The translations under genes were made by a program, and so were the position numbers. DNA of 36,321 nucleotides from an uncultured Clostridia bacterium (GTDB lineage: Bacteria; Bacillota_I; Bacilli_A; RF39; UBA660): contig CAMNBS010000002.1 in NCBI GenBank assembly GCA_946533175.1, positions 1 to 36,321 on the forward strand, written 5' to 3'. Under the pieces are notes generated by a model that worked only from the letters and a program-made list of their open reading frames with translations, made no database searches and had not been told where the DNA came from. Each line of letters starts with the position of its first letter. The first letter of the stretch is position 1. Below are positions 9,173-19,052 of this stretch, piece by piece.

Positions 9173-11032
9173 TTAATTATTAATTTCCATATTTTTTTTG
9201 ATTTTTTGGCATATTGATTTTCTATCTAATGATAAAAATTTTAGAATTTCTTCTTTTTTACCTTGAGGAACATATTGGTCTGGAATAGCAAATAATTTAA
9301 TGTTTCCATGATAATTTTTTTCTATAGCATAATTAATTAAATAAGATCCTAAAGAATTTATTTCCGTTTGTTCTTCATAAATAAAAATGTTTTGATATTC
9401 TTTCAATAATTTATTAAATAATTCTTCATCTATTGGTTTTTGAAATCTAGCATTAACAACGCAAATATTCAATTCTTTACCTATTGTAAGTGCGTTATTT
9501 ATAAGTGATCCATAAGTTATTAATACAGCTTTATTACCATTATTTATTATTTCCCATGAACCAATTGGAATGATATCATATTTTGGTTTAGTATATTCTA
9601 ATCGATCTTTTGAATATCTTATGGCAAAAGGTTTTTTAGTTAGGATAGCTGTATATAACATATTACAAGCTTCAATACTATCTTTAGGAGTGGCAATAAT
9701 TAAATTAGGAATAGGTAATAAAAAGGTTAAATCATAAATTCCTTGATGTGTTTCTCCATCTTCTCCTACAATACCACAACGATCAATTCCTAATATAACA
9801 TGAGTATTCATTCTGGCAATATCATGAATTATTTGATCATATCCTCTTTGTAGGAAGGTTGAGTAAATTGACACAAAAGGAATTAATCCTGTAATACTCA
9901 TTCCATTAGCTAGTAATAAAGCATGTTCTTCAGCAATACCTACATCAATAAAATTATTGGGATATATTTCTTTATATTTTAATAATTTACTACCTCCGGC
10001 CATAGCGGGGGTTATGACCATTATATCTTTATATATTTTAGTTAATTCTATTAAATGATTCGAAATTACCTCACTCCAAGTAATTAAATGATCATTTTTA
10101 GAAATTATTATTCCTGTTTCTTTATTAAATGGCCCAACTCCATGCCATAATCCAATTGTATCTTTTTCGGCTGGTTCATATCCTTTTCCTTTTTGACTTA
10201 TTACATGGATAATTACTGGTTCTGTTTCTTCTTTAGCAATTTCTAGATATGTTATTAATTCTTTATAATCATGACCATTAATTGGTCCATAGTATTTAAG
10301 TCCTAATTCTTCAAATACAAAGCCCTCTTTTAAATAAAGTTTTTTTATGGATGATTTAAAATCAGTAATTTTATGGGATAAATAATTACCAACATATGGA
10401 ATTTTATTCAAGACTTTTTTTGTTGAGTCTTTGGCATGATTATATTTGTAGTTAGCTCTTATTTTATCTAAATTATTGTGTAGAGCTCCAACATTTTTAG
10501 AAATACTCATTTCATTATCATTTAAAATAATAATTAATTTAGTTTTAGTTGATCCAATATGATTTAAAGCTTCATAGGCTAAACCATTTCCCATCGAACC
10601 ATCACCAATTATAGCGATAACATTATATTTTTGATTTAATTTATCTCTTGATAAAGCCATTCCAAGAGCAGCGGATAGACTTGTTGAAGAATGTCCGGAT
10701 TCATAAGAATCATATTCACTTTCATTTCTTTTTTGAAATCCTGATAACCCATTAAATTTTCTTAAACTATCAAATTTATTGGCTCTACCGGTTAAAATTT
10801 TATGAGTATATGTTTGATGTGAAACATCAAAAATTATTTTATCTTTAGGACTATTAAAAACTTTATGAATAGCAATTGTTAAGTCAACAATTCCTAAGTT
10901 AGAAGACAGATGGCCACCATTTTTGGAAACTTTATCAATAATAAAAGTTCGAATATCTTGCGATAGTAGTTCTAAGTCTTTTATTTTCATTTTTTTTAAA
11001 AATTGAGGATTTTTTATATCTAATATATTCAT
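9173..11032 (-). CDS. dxs: 1-deoxy-D-xylulose-5-phosphate synthase
   Basis: GGHLSSNLG..DL..A.H.VF..P.D...FDVSHQ.Y.HK.LTGR and GDGS...G...EALN, full length 619 aa. A convergent hairpin AAATATGGA/TCCATATTT at about 9160-9200 serves as a shared terminator with gltA. Confidence 0.95.
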   Translation of the reverse strand: MNILDIKNPQFLKKMKIKDLELLSQDIRTFIIDKVSKNGGHLSSNLGIVDLTIAIHKVFNSPKDKIIFDVSHQTYTHKILTGRANKFDSLRKFNGLSGFQKRNESEYDSYESGHSSTSLSAALGMALSRDKLNQKYNVIAIIGDGSMGNGLAYEALNHIGSTKTKLIIILNDNEMSISKNVGALHNNLDKIRANYKYNHAKDSTKKVLNKIPYVGNYLSHKITDFKSSIKKLYLKEGFVFEELGLKYYGPINGHDYKELITYLEIAKEETEPVIIHVISQKGKGYEPAEKDTIGLWHGVGPFNKETGIIISKNDHLITWSEVISNHLIELTKIYKDIMVITPAMAGGSKLLKYKEIYPNNFIDVGIAEEHALLLANGMSITGLIPFVSIYSTFLQRGYDQIIHDIARMNTHVILGIDRCGIVGEDGETHQGIYDLTFLLPIPNLIIATPKDSIEACNMLYTAILTKKPFAIRYSKDRLEYTKPKYDIIPIGSWEIINNGNKAVLITYGSLINNALTIGKELNICVVNARFQKPIDEELFNKLLKEYQNIFIYEEQTEINSLGSYLINYAIEKNYHGNIKLFAIPDQYVPQGKKEEILKFLSLDRKSICQKIKKNMEINN

Positions 11033-11335
11033 ATTTTTTCACCACTTCTAATTATGCTAATTTATTATACATAAAAATTATATTGTTCGCAAGTAAAATA
11101 ATTTGTATAATTATTAAAAATATGGTATACTTTGGATGTAGTAATTCAATTAGTCCATTCGCGTTTTACTACCATATAAACAGAATTGTTTAAAGGAATA
11201 ATGATGAGCCTTAAGAATCTCTTCATGAATGGCAAATTACACACACTGAAAATTGTGATGTTTTTGCTATTTGTGAAAGGAGGTTCTTTTTATTTGAAAT
11301 CACAATATAAGTGTAAAAGAAGATGGAGGTAAATT

Positions 11336-13021
11336 ATGAGATTATTTAAAGAAGTAATTAAAAACAATTTGAAAATGATAATATTTTATGTGCTAATAGG
11401 TATTATTATTAATTTTTTAGATTTATATAGCGTAACATACTATCAAAAAATACTAGATGCATTTCAATTTCAAACTCTTACAATAGTTCCACTGATAATA
11501 TATGGAGTATTATTATTAATATCTACAATACTAGGATATATTGAAAATTATCCAGAGCAACAAGTGAAAAACAAATTATATTTAGATTTCAAACTTCAAT
11601 CATTAAAGAAAATGAAATCTATTGATTATTTAGAATATCAAAAAATTGGAACAGGAAAACTTACACAAAAAGCTGAAGATGGTGCAACAGCATCAAGGGA
11701 TATAATGATTAATTTTTGGTTAAAATTATTTAGATATTTATTACCAACTGCTATATTTAGTTTAATTTTTATTTTTAGAGTGAAAAAAGAATATGTTTTA
11801 TTTGTATTTTTAGGATATATTATAGTAGTTATCATTTCAAATTTAATTCTAAAAAAACTTTACAAATTAAAGGAAAGCATCTTATTAAATCAAGAATTTT
11901 TAAACAAACATTTAGTTAGAGGATTTATGGAATTAGTTGTATTTAGAACTAACAAAAAATACGATACTGAAATAGAAGTAACAAAAGAAGGAATAAAAAA
12001 TATAGTTGATGGAAAAACAAAAATTAAGTTAGTACATGAGATATTTTTTACAGTGTTTGCTTTAATAGTAAATATTTTAAAAGTTGTTGTTTTAGGATAT
12101 GCAGTTTTAAAATCTGATTTGTCAGTTGGAGCTGTTGTAACAGTTATTTCATTACTTGGTAAAGCATATGAACCAATTGCAATTTTTAATGTTGAATATG
12201 TTGATTATAAATTGAATAAAGTAACTGTAAATAAATACATTGAGTTATTAGATACAAAGGATGATAAAGCACTAGATGCTGGACTTAAATTAAAAACAAT
12301 AGATGGTAATATTGAATTTAAAAATGTTTCTTATTCCTATAATGATGAAAAAAATATAATTAATGATTTATCGTTTAAAATTAATAAAAATTCATCTATT
12401 GCATTAGTTGGTGAATCAGGATCTGGTAAATCAACAATAATAAAATTAATTATGGGATTGGTGAAATATAGAAAAGGAAATATACTAATTGATGACAAAG
12501 AGTTATCTGAACTTAATCTAAATTCATTTTATGATAATGTAACTTATGTTTCACAAGAAGCACCTATATTTGACGGAACATTAAGGGAAAATTTAATATT
12601 TGATAAAAAAATTAGAGATGAAGAAATATTAAAGGTGTTAAGACTAGTTTGCTTAGATAAATTTTATGAGAAACTTGAAAATGGTTTAGACGCAGAACTT
12701 GGTGAAAAAGGTGTAAGAATGTCTGGAGGAGAAAGACAAAGAGTTGCACTAGCAAGATTGTTCTTTGATGATTCTAAAATAATTATTTTAGATGAAGCAA
12801 CAAGTGCAATGGATAATATAACTGAAAAGAAAGTTATGGAAAATGTTGTTAAACAATTAGATAATAAAACATTAATTGTAATTGCTCATAGATTAGAAAC
12901 AATTAAAGATGTAGATAAAATATATGTTTTATCTGATGGTATTATTCAAGAAGAAGGAAAATATAGTGAATTACTTGATAAAAATGGATATTTTACAAAA
13001 TTATATAAATCTGTAAAATAA
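11336..13021 (+). CDS. ABC transporter, fused permease/ATP-binding (exporter type)
   Basis: Six N-terminal TM spans. Walker A GESGSGKST, signature LSGGERQR, Walker B IIILDEATS. Confidence 0.85.
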   Translation: MRLFKEVIKNNLKMIIFYVLIGIIINFLDLYSVTYYQKILDAFQFQTLTIVPLIIYGVLLLISTILGYIENYPEQQVKNKLYLDFKLQSLKKMKSIDYLEYQKIGTGKLTQKAEDGATASRDIMINFWLKLFRYLLPTAIFSLIFIFRVKKEYVLFVFLGYIIVVIISNLILKKLYKLKESILLNQEFLNKHLVRGFMELVVFRTNKKYDTEIEVTKEGIKNIVDGKTKIKLVHEIFFTVFALIVNILKVVVLGYAVLKSDLSVGAVVTVISLLGKAYEPIAIFNVEYVDYKLNKVTVNKYIELLDTKDDKALDAGLKLKTIDGNIEFKNVSYSYNDEKNIINDLSFKINKNSSIALVGESGSGKSTIIKLIMGLVKYRKGNILIDDKELSELNLNSFYDNVTYVSQEAPIFDGTLRENLIFDKKIRDEEILKVLRLVCLDKFYEKLENGLDAELGEKGVRMSGGERQRVALARLFFDDSKIIILDEATSAMDNITEKKVMENVVKQLDNKTLIVIAHRLETIKDVDKIYVLSDGIIQEEGKYSELLDKNGYFTKLYKSVK

Positions 13022-13039
13022 AAGTGATTGTAGTCTTTT

Positions 13040-13214
13040 GATATTATGTTGCTATATGTCCAGGAAACTATATTATAAACTTTGATGTTGCAATAATTAA
13101 TCCCTAATAAATGAATTAAAATTTGACGGAATTGTACTAAATTTCGTCTTTTTTATGCTATAATTAGATAGAAATGGAGTGATTCCTATGAATAATAAAA
13201 CTAATATTAACTGG
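13040..13214 (+). repeat. rbgA upstream/5'-end module, copy A
   Basis: Hairpin terminator GACGGAATT-N6-AATTTCGTC + T-run (13125-13154). Extended -10 TGCTATAAT (13156-13164). RBS GGAGTGAT. ATG 13188 encodes MNNKTNINWWY* (to 13223). Core AAAACTAATATTAACTGG at 13197-13214. Visibly homologous along its length to copies B and E. Confidence 0.85.
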
Positions 13215-13492
13215 TGGTATTGATTTATCTAACCTCTTTAATAAATCATTATAAAATAAGGGAAATTTAAAAAATGGATCTTGCATATTTAATATAAAAA
13301 ATAATTAAAAATGTACAAAAAACACCAAAAATTATTAAAAATGGTGCTTTTTTCATACATTTTTAATTAGGTGATGTTTTCAGCTAACCCCATTGAAAAA
13401 TAAAGAAATTATTCATTCAAAACAAATAGGAAAATAAAGAAAAATATAGTATAATATAAGTAGTTGATAAATCATGGTAAAGGGGGAATTAT

Positions 13493-14368
13493 ATGAATGA
13501 TAAATTAACAACTATTACAAATCTTTTTGAAGGAAAAGAAATAAGAAGTGTATGGGATTCTGAAAAAGAAGAATATTATTTTAGTGTAGTAGATGTGATT
13601 AATGCTTTAGCAGAACCTAAGGATGCAAGCGATTACTGGACAACCTTAAAACGAAGAATGATTAAAGAAGAAAAAAGTGAGATTCCGACAAATTGTCGGG
13701 AACTGAAAATGAAATCTTCTAAAGATGGTAAAATGTATAAAACTGATACTCTTGATACTGAAGGAATATTTAGATTGATTGAATCTGTTCCATCTAGTAA
13801 AGCTGAGCCTTTTAAGATGTGGTTAGCCTCCTTAGGAAAAGAAAGAATAGATGAGGTATTTGATCCAGAAATAGCAGTTAATAGGGCTGTAGAATATTAT
13901 CGTAAAAGAGGTTATGATGATAAATGGATTAAATCAAGACTAACTGGAATAGTTGATAGATTTAAATTAACTGATGTTTGGAAAGAATCAGGGATTACAA
14001 AAGACTATGAGTATGGAATTTTAACTAATGAAATTTATAAATCATGGTCAGGAATGAAAGCAAGTGAGTATAAAGCATATAAAGGTCTTAGAAAAGAATC
14101 TTTAAGAGATAATATGACAGATATTGAAGTAGCATTAACTGACTTAGGAGAAATAGCAACAAGAGAACTTGCTAAAGAACATAAACCATTTGGATTAGAA
14201 CAAAATAAAAGAATAGCGCAACGTGGAGGAAATATAGCTAAAATAACTAGAGATAATTTAGAAAAAGAGTTAGGTAGAACTGTCATCAGCAATAAGAATT
14301 CGTTAAATTATGAATATATAGATGAAAAATTATTAGAAGATAAAAAAGAGGTTGTAAGTAATGAATAA
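13493..14368 (+). CDS. Bro-N domain protein (phage/ICE antirepressor-like, DinD-like architecture)
   Basis: RBS AAGGGGG. N-terminus ITNLFEGKEIRSVWDSEKEEYYFSVVDVINAL matches the Bro-N pattern. The helical C-terminal half is as in Bro/KilA-type proteins of Firmicutes mobile elements. Confidence 0.7.
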   Translation: MNDKLTTITNLFEGKEIRSVWDSEKEEYYFSVVDVINALAEPKDASDYWTTLKRRMIKEEKSEIPTNCRELKMKSSKDGKMYKTDTLDTEGIFRLIESVPSSKAEPFKMWLASLGKERIDEVFDPEIAVNRAVEYYRKRGYDDKWIKSRLTGIVDRFKLTDVWKESGITKDYEYGILTNEIYKSWSGMKASEYKAYKGLRKESLRDNMTDIEVALTDLGEIATRELAKEHKPFGLEQNKRIAQRGGNIAKITRDNLEKELGRTVISNKNSLNYEYIDEKLLEDKKEVVSNE

Positions 14369-14415
14369 GTATAATATTAATGAATTAAGAGAACAAATTG
14401 GATAGATGTAAAAAT

Positions 14416-14628
14416 ATGGATTTAAAAGATGTTAGTCTTGATGATGTTGATGAAATATCTTCTATAAAAATTGATAAGAGAAAATCTAGTAATGAAAGAA
14501 TTTTAGATTTTTTGTCTAAAACTAAAAATCCATATATATTTAAGGTTAATAATAGATTAGTTAAAATCAGTTTTTCTGATAATAATAGAACAGGTGATGA
14601 TGCATTAACTAGTGTACTTAAGAATTAA
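14416..14628 (+). CDS. small DUF6870-like protein (typical cargo of Firmicutes integrative/conjugative elements), possibly frameshifted at its 5' end
   Basis: KNPYIFKVNNRLVKISFSD motif. No RBS before ATG 14416. A 14-codon ORF (14361-14405, MNKYNINELREQIG*) in another frame looks like the displaced original N-terminus. Confidence 0.4.
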   Translation: MDLKDVSLDDVDEISSIKIDKRKSSNERILDFLSKTKNPYIFKVNNRLVKISFSDNNRTGDDALTSVLKN

Positions 14629-14788
14629 TATAGATAAGGATGTAATGAGTAAAAATGAACTAAAAACACCTAAAATCATTAAAATAGGGACTTTTTTTTA
14701 TATTTTTGATGAGGTGATGTTTTCAACTAACCCCACCATAAAATAAGAGATTATGATAATTAAAATTATTTTAGAATAAAGTGATTTT

Positions 14789-14817
14789 TTGACACAATTG
14801 TTGGAAAGTGTTATAAT
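14789..14817 (+). promoter_or_regulatory. sigma-A promoter of the T-box/valS unit
   Basis: TTGACA (14789-14794), 17-nt spacer, TGTTATAAT with TATAAT at 14812-14817. Confidence 0.65.
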
Positions 14818-14829
14818 TTTTTCGTATTC

Positions 14830-15057
14830 AAAAAACGAGGAACAAGAGGAGTAGAATAGTTAGTAGCTATTAGGAATGAAAGGTCACCGACTGAAAGCCT
14901 TTCTTAGTGAAGAGTATTTGAAGGTAGCTTGGGAGTTGTATATCTGAAATAGTAGTAAGATATAATGTTAGTCGCATTAAGACTTCAAGGTAATAGAAAT
15001 ATTACAAATTAAGGTGGTACCACGAGCAATTCGTCCTTTATGGATGAGTTGCTTTTT
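14830..15057 (+). promoter_or_regulatory. T-box riboswitch leader, specifier most likely GUA (Val)
   Basis: Stem I with AGTA/GAA loop-E elements. Specifier loop TTGAAG-GTA-G, then CTTG pairing with CAAG (14843-14846). T-box sequence AATTAAGGTGGTACCACG at 15007-15024. Terminator GCAATTCGTCC-N5-GGATGAGTTGC + T6 (15025-15057), mutually exclusive with the antiterminator. Confidence 0.8.
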
Positions 15058-15165
15058 TAATTATTTAGGAGATGATTAATATGAAATTTATTTTTAAAGG
15101 TGATTATGTACGAGTCTAATTATTTTAATCGATTATAATTTTTAAAATAAGAAGGAGAGATTAAA

Positions 15166-17583
15166 ATGTTAGATAAAAAATATAATGCAAATGAAAAAGA
15201 AAATAAATGGTTAAATTATTGGAAAGATAATGGAATATATGATTTCAAACCAGATTACAGAGAAGTATATTCAATAGATACTCCTCCTCCAACAGTTAAT
15301 GGTAAGATTCATATAGGACATATATTTTCATATACGCAAACAGAAATGATTGCTAGATATAAAAGATTAAGTGGGTATAATGTATTCTATCCATTTGGTT
15401 TTGATGATAATGGATTACCTTCAGAAAGATTAGTTGAAAAAGAACAAGGTAAGAAAGCTCATGAAATTGGAAGAGAAGAATTTTCTAAATTATGTCATGA
15501 AACAACTGATAAATATGAAAGTGAATTTCAAGAATTGTTTAGTAAAATGGGTGTAAGTACTGATTGGAAATATCATTATAAAACAGTTAGTCCATCAACT
15601 ATTAAGATAAGTCAAAAATCATTCTTAGATTTAATTGATAAAGGACATTGTTATCATAAAGAATCACCAGCATTATGGTGCAATGAATGTTTAACTTCAA
15701 TAGCACAAGCTGAACTTGAAACAAAAACAATAAAAACAACATTTAACTATATTAATTTTAAAACTAAAGAAGATGGTGAAGAGTTTACTATAGCTACAAC
15801 AAGGCCCGAATTGTTACCAGCTATTGTATGTGTATTTGTAAATCCAAGTGATGAAGCACACAAGTCTTTAATTGGAAAAACTGCCCATATTCCAGTAATA
15901 GATGTTGAAGTTCCTATTATGGCAGATGAGAAGGTTGCTATCGATAAAGGTACCGGAGTAGTTATGTGTTGTACTTTCGGAGATCAAACAGATATTGAAT
16001 GGTGGAAGAAGTATAATTTACCACTTAAATATATATTTACTGATGATGGTAAAATTATTGATTCAGTTCCTAACTATGGTGGAATGAAAATCAAAGAAGC
16101 AAGAAAACAAATAATTGAAGACTTACAAGCTGGTGGTTATGTAGTTAAGATTGAAGAATTAGAGCATGAAGTTCAAACACATGAAAGATGTGGTAAAGAA
16201 GTTGAATATGCAGTTATGAAACAATGGTTTATTGATATCATGAATCATAAACAAGATTTCATTAAAATTGGTAATGAAATCAAATGGTATCCAGAACATA
16301 TGCATAATAGATATAATGAATGGGTTGAAAATGTTTTATGGGATTGGTGTATATCAAGACAAAGATATTTTGGCGTTCCATTCCCAGTTTGGTATTGCAA
16401 AAATTGTGGAGAACCAATTTTTGCAAATGAGAAAGATTTACCAGTTAATCCATTAATAGATAAATCTAAGAATGATAAATGTCCAAAATGTGGATGTACT
16501 GAATTTATTCCAGAAACAGATGTAATGGATACTTGGGCAACTTCTTCAGTAACACCATTAATTAATATGAGATATGGTGAAGAAGATAATTTTGAATCAA
16601 TTTTAAAACCAATGAGTTTAAGAACTAATGCTTCTGAAATTATTAGAACATGGGACTTTTATACAATAGTTAAGAGTTTCTATCATTTTGGAACTAGACC
16701 TTGGGATAATGTAATGATATCAGGATTTGTTATGGCTAACAAAGGAGAAAAAATAAGTAAGTCTAAAGGTAATAGTAAAGTAGATCCAATGGATCTTATT
16801 AATGAGTATTCAGCTGATGTATTAAGATATTGGGCTGGTACTGGAAGATTAGGTACCGATATCGTATTTAGTGATGAAACATTATTAAGAGGTAAGAAGT
16901 TAGTTAATAAGATTTGGAATGTTTCTAAATTTATTGAAATGCATTTACAAGATTATGAAGATAAAGAATTTAATGATTTTGAATATATTGATAAATGGAT
17001 ACTTGGTAAATATCAAGAAATGGAAAGAGGGTTCATTAAATATTTAGATGATTATGAAGTAGGATTAGCATTAAACTTACTCGAAAAGTTCTTCTGGAAC
17101 TTCTGTGATAATTATATTGAAATTGTTAAACATAGACTATATAGACCTGAAGAATTTGGAGATACTCCAAGATACTCAGGGCAAAAAACAGTTTATACTA
17201 TTCTTTATAAATTATTACAAGACTTTAGTATTTACTTCCCATATATAACTGAAGAAATTTATCAAGAATTATATCACGATAATAAATCAATTCATATAAC
17301 AGAAATTAAACCATTAAATTATAGTTTTGATAATGAAATTAAATGTGGTGATTTAATAATAGATATTATCAGTCAAGCTAGAGGAGAAAAATCAAATAAT
17401 AATTTATCTTTAAAGACACCAATTAAGAATTTAGATTTAAGTTTAAATAGTGAACTTAAAGAAGCAATTAATAAATCTATTAAAGATATTAAAGCAACAT
17501 TATTTATTAAGAATTTAAATATAAATGATATTGATAAAGATTATACTATAGATAAAATTGAGTTGGATTTAAGTGAAGAATAG
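15166..17583 (+). CDS. valS: valine--tRNA ligase, short (type-2, archaeal/actinobacterial-like) form
   Basis: RBS GAAGGAGAG. TPPPTVNGKIHIGHIFSYT (HIGH), FGFDDNGLPSE, CP1 editing region, KISKSKGN (KMSKS). 805 aa with no long C-terminal coiled coil. Confidence 0.8.
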   Translation: MLDKKYNANEKENKWLNYWKDNGIYDFKPDYREVYSIDTPPPTVNGKIHIGHIFSYTQTEMIARYKRLSGYNVFYPFGFDDNGLPSERLVEKEQGKKAHEIGREEFSKLCHETTDKYESEFQELFSKMGVSTDWKYHYKTVSPSTIKISQKSFLDLIDKGHCYHKESPALWCNECLTSIAQAELETKTIKTTFNYINFKTKEDGEEFTIATTRPELLPAIVCVFVNPSDEAHKSLIGKTAHIPVIDVEVPIMADEKVAIDKGTGVVMCCTFGDQTDIEWWKKYNLPLKYIFTDDGKIIDSVPNYGGMKIKEARKQIIEDLQAGGYVVKIEELEHEVQTHERCGKEVEYAVMKQWFIDIMNHKQDFIKIGNEIKWYPEHMHNRYNEWVENVLWDWCISRQRYFGVPFPVWYCKNCGEPIFANEKDLPVNPLIDKSKNDKCPKCGCTEFIPETDVMDTWATSSVTPLINMRYGEEDNFESILKPMSLRTNASEIIRTWDFYTIVKSFYHFGTRPWDNVMISGFVMANKGEKISKSKGNSKVDPMDLINEYSADVLRYWAGTGRLGTDIVFSDETLLRGKKLVNKIWNVSKFIEMHLQDYEDKEFNDFEYIDKWILGKYQEMERGFIKYLDDYEVGLALNLLEKFFWNFCDNYIEIVKHRLYRPEEFGDTPRYSGQKTVYTILYKLLQDFSIYFPYITEEIYQELYHDNKSIHITEIKPLNYSFDNEIKCGDLIIDIISQARGEKSNNNLSLKTPIKNLDLSLNSELKEAINKSIKDIKATLFIKNLNINDIDKDYTIDKIELDLSEE

Positions 17584-17618
17584 AATGGTCAGAATATTGA
17601 TTTGTTGCAAACTTACAA

Positions 17619-17642
17619 GTAGGAGAAATCCTACTTTTTTGA
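17619..17642 (+). terminator. intrinsic terminator after valS
   Basis: AGTAGGA-GAAA-TCCTACT followed by T6. Confidence 0.7.
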
Positions 17643-17906
17643 TATAATAATGGGAAGTATCATTTCTTTTATCGATATGGTATTAGTGATAATGGTGAAA
17701 AAACACTTAGCAATTTAGAAATTGCAAAGCTCGATGATATAGTTAGAATAAATCATATTGATAAATGGAATGGATATAATTCTCAAAACAAAGAAACTCC
17801 TAATGATGGGTTTATAATTCATATTGAATATATGGATGGAAAAAAGACAACATTTGATATTTATATTAGAAGAGATAAATATACAATAAAAGAAAAGAAT
17901 AATTAA
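17643..17906 (+). pseudogene. startless 3' gene fragment (unknown family)
   Basis: 87-codon open frame (..YRYGISDNGEKTLSNLEIAKLDDIVRINHIDKWNGYNSQNKETPNDGFIIHIEYMDGKKTTFDIYIRRDKYTIKEKNN*). It begins right after a TGA and has no start codon or RBS. Confidence 0.3.
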
Positions 17907-17918
17907 TCGCACTATTAT

Positions 17919-18095
17919 GATATTACGATTGATCATATGACCAGGAAATTATAATAAAACATTTGATGTTACAACATCTAACCCAACTTAAATAAATTAA
18001 AAATTGACGGAATTATACTAAATTTCGTCTTTTTTATGCTATAATTGATTAGAAACGGAGTGATTCCTATGGATAATAAAACTAATATAAACTGG
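17919..18095 (+). repeat. rbgA upstream/5'-end module, copy B
   Basis: Terminator hairpin 18006-18035. TGCTATAAT with TATAAT at 18040-18045. RBS GGAGTGAT. ATG 18069 encodes MDNKTNINWLRTI* (to 18110). Core AAAACTAATATAAACTGG at 18078-18095. Confidence 0.85.
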
Positions 18096-18295
18096 TTGAG
18101 AACAATTTAGTCAAGATCGACTCCAAAACCTTATAAAATAAGTGAAAAACAAAAAATAAATCATACATGTTTTATAATAAAATATATTAAAATAGATAAA
18201 AAATAATAAAAATTAAGTGATTTTAAGTAAAAATAGCTTAGGAATTGACATGGTGAGAACAGGTAGTCAAGACCAGATGAAAGAAGATGATAATT

Positions 18296-19052
18296 ATGGC
18301 AAATAATTTAGTAATTAGAAGCAGTAGTGCAGAATTTTTGATATTTGAAAGACAAACCCATGATAAGGGAATTCAAGTTAGATTTGAAAATGGAGATTTA
18401 TGGTTAACTCAAAAAGCTATGAGTGAATTATATGATTGTACAGCAGACAATGTTTCATTACATTTAAAAAATATATACAAAGACTATGAACTTTACAAAA
18501 ACTCAACTACCGAGGAATTCTCGGTAGTTCAAAAAGAAGGTAACAGAGAAGTAAGCGGTGGATTATGATTCAAAGGCACCAACAACAATTAAATTTTTTA
18601 AAAAAGTACAAAACAAAATGCATTATACTGTATCTCATCAAACTGCAGCTGAAATAATATATAATCGTGCTGATTCAAAAAAAGATAATATGGGGCTTAC
18701 CTCATGGAAGAATTCTCCTAATGGAAAAATTTTAGAAACTGATGTTGTAATTGCTAAAAATTATTTATCTAAAAATGAATTAGAAAGTTTAGAAAGAATA
18801 GTTTCGGCATTTTTAGATTTAGCAGAGAATAGGGCAAAGAGAAATATTCCAATGACAATGGAAGATTGGGCGACAAGAATTGATAAATATTTACTTGCTG
18901 ATGATTTAGATATATTAAAAGATGCTGGTAAAATATCTCATGAAATAGCGTGCGACAAAGCATTAACTGAATTTGAAAAATATAGAGTAAAACAAGATAA
19001 ATTATATAAATCAGATTTTGATTTATTAATGGAAGAAAGTGAAAAAATATGA
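18296..19052 (+). pseudogene. RhuM-family (virulence RhuM / Fic-associated) gene, split by internal deletion and frameshift
   Basis: The N-part (to 18568) has RFENGDLWLTQKAMSELYDCTADNVSLHLKNIY and FSVVQKEGNREV. The C-part (18558-19052) has FFKKVQNKMHYTVSHQTAAEIIY. Together about 250 aa in two frames, with the central segment of intact RhuM proteins missing. Confidence 0.65.

Noticed and set aside
13188-13223. The short ORFs MNNKTNINWWY*, MDNKTNINWLRTI*, MDENKTNINCLVWI* and the 37-aa D copy, considered as genuine conserved leader or micro-peptide genes.
   Set aside because: Their conserved part is exactly the N-terminus of RbgA, and conservation stops at the recombination core. They are best explained as truncated rbgA starts, although they are probably still translated.
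14920-14927. Alternative T-box specifier reading GAA-GGU-A (glycine), by analogy with the glyQS GAA-GGC-A arrangement.
   Set aside because: Anchoring on the basal helix (CAAG 14843-46 pairing with CTTG 14928-31) leaves G14927 as the unpaired purine. That makes GUA (14924-26) the specifier, which matches the downstream ValRS. This needs a covariance-model check.
17715-17936. 73-aa minus-strand ORF between valS and module B.
   Set aside because: Ile/Phe-rich low-complexity translation. The opposite strand carries a more protein-like but startless frame (17643-17906), so the region is better explained as a gene remnant.
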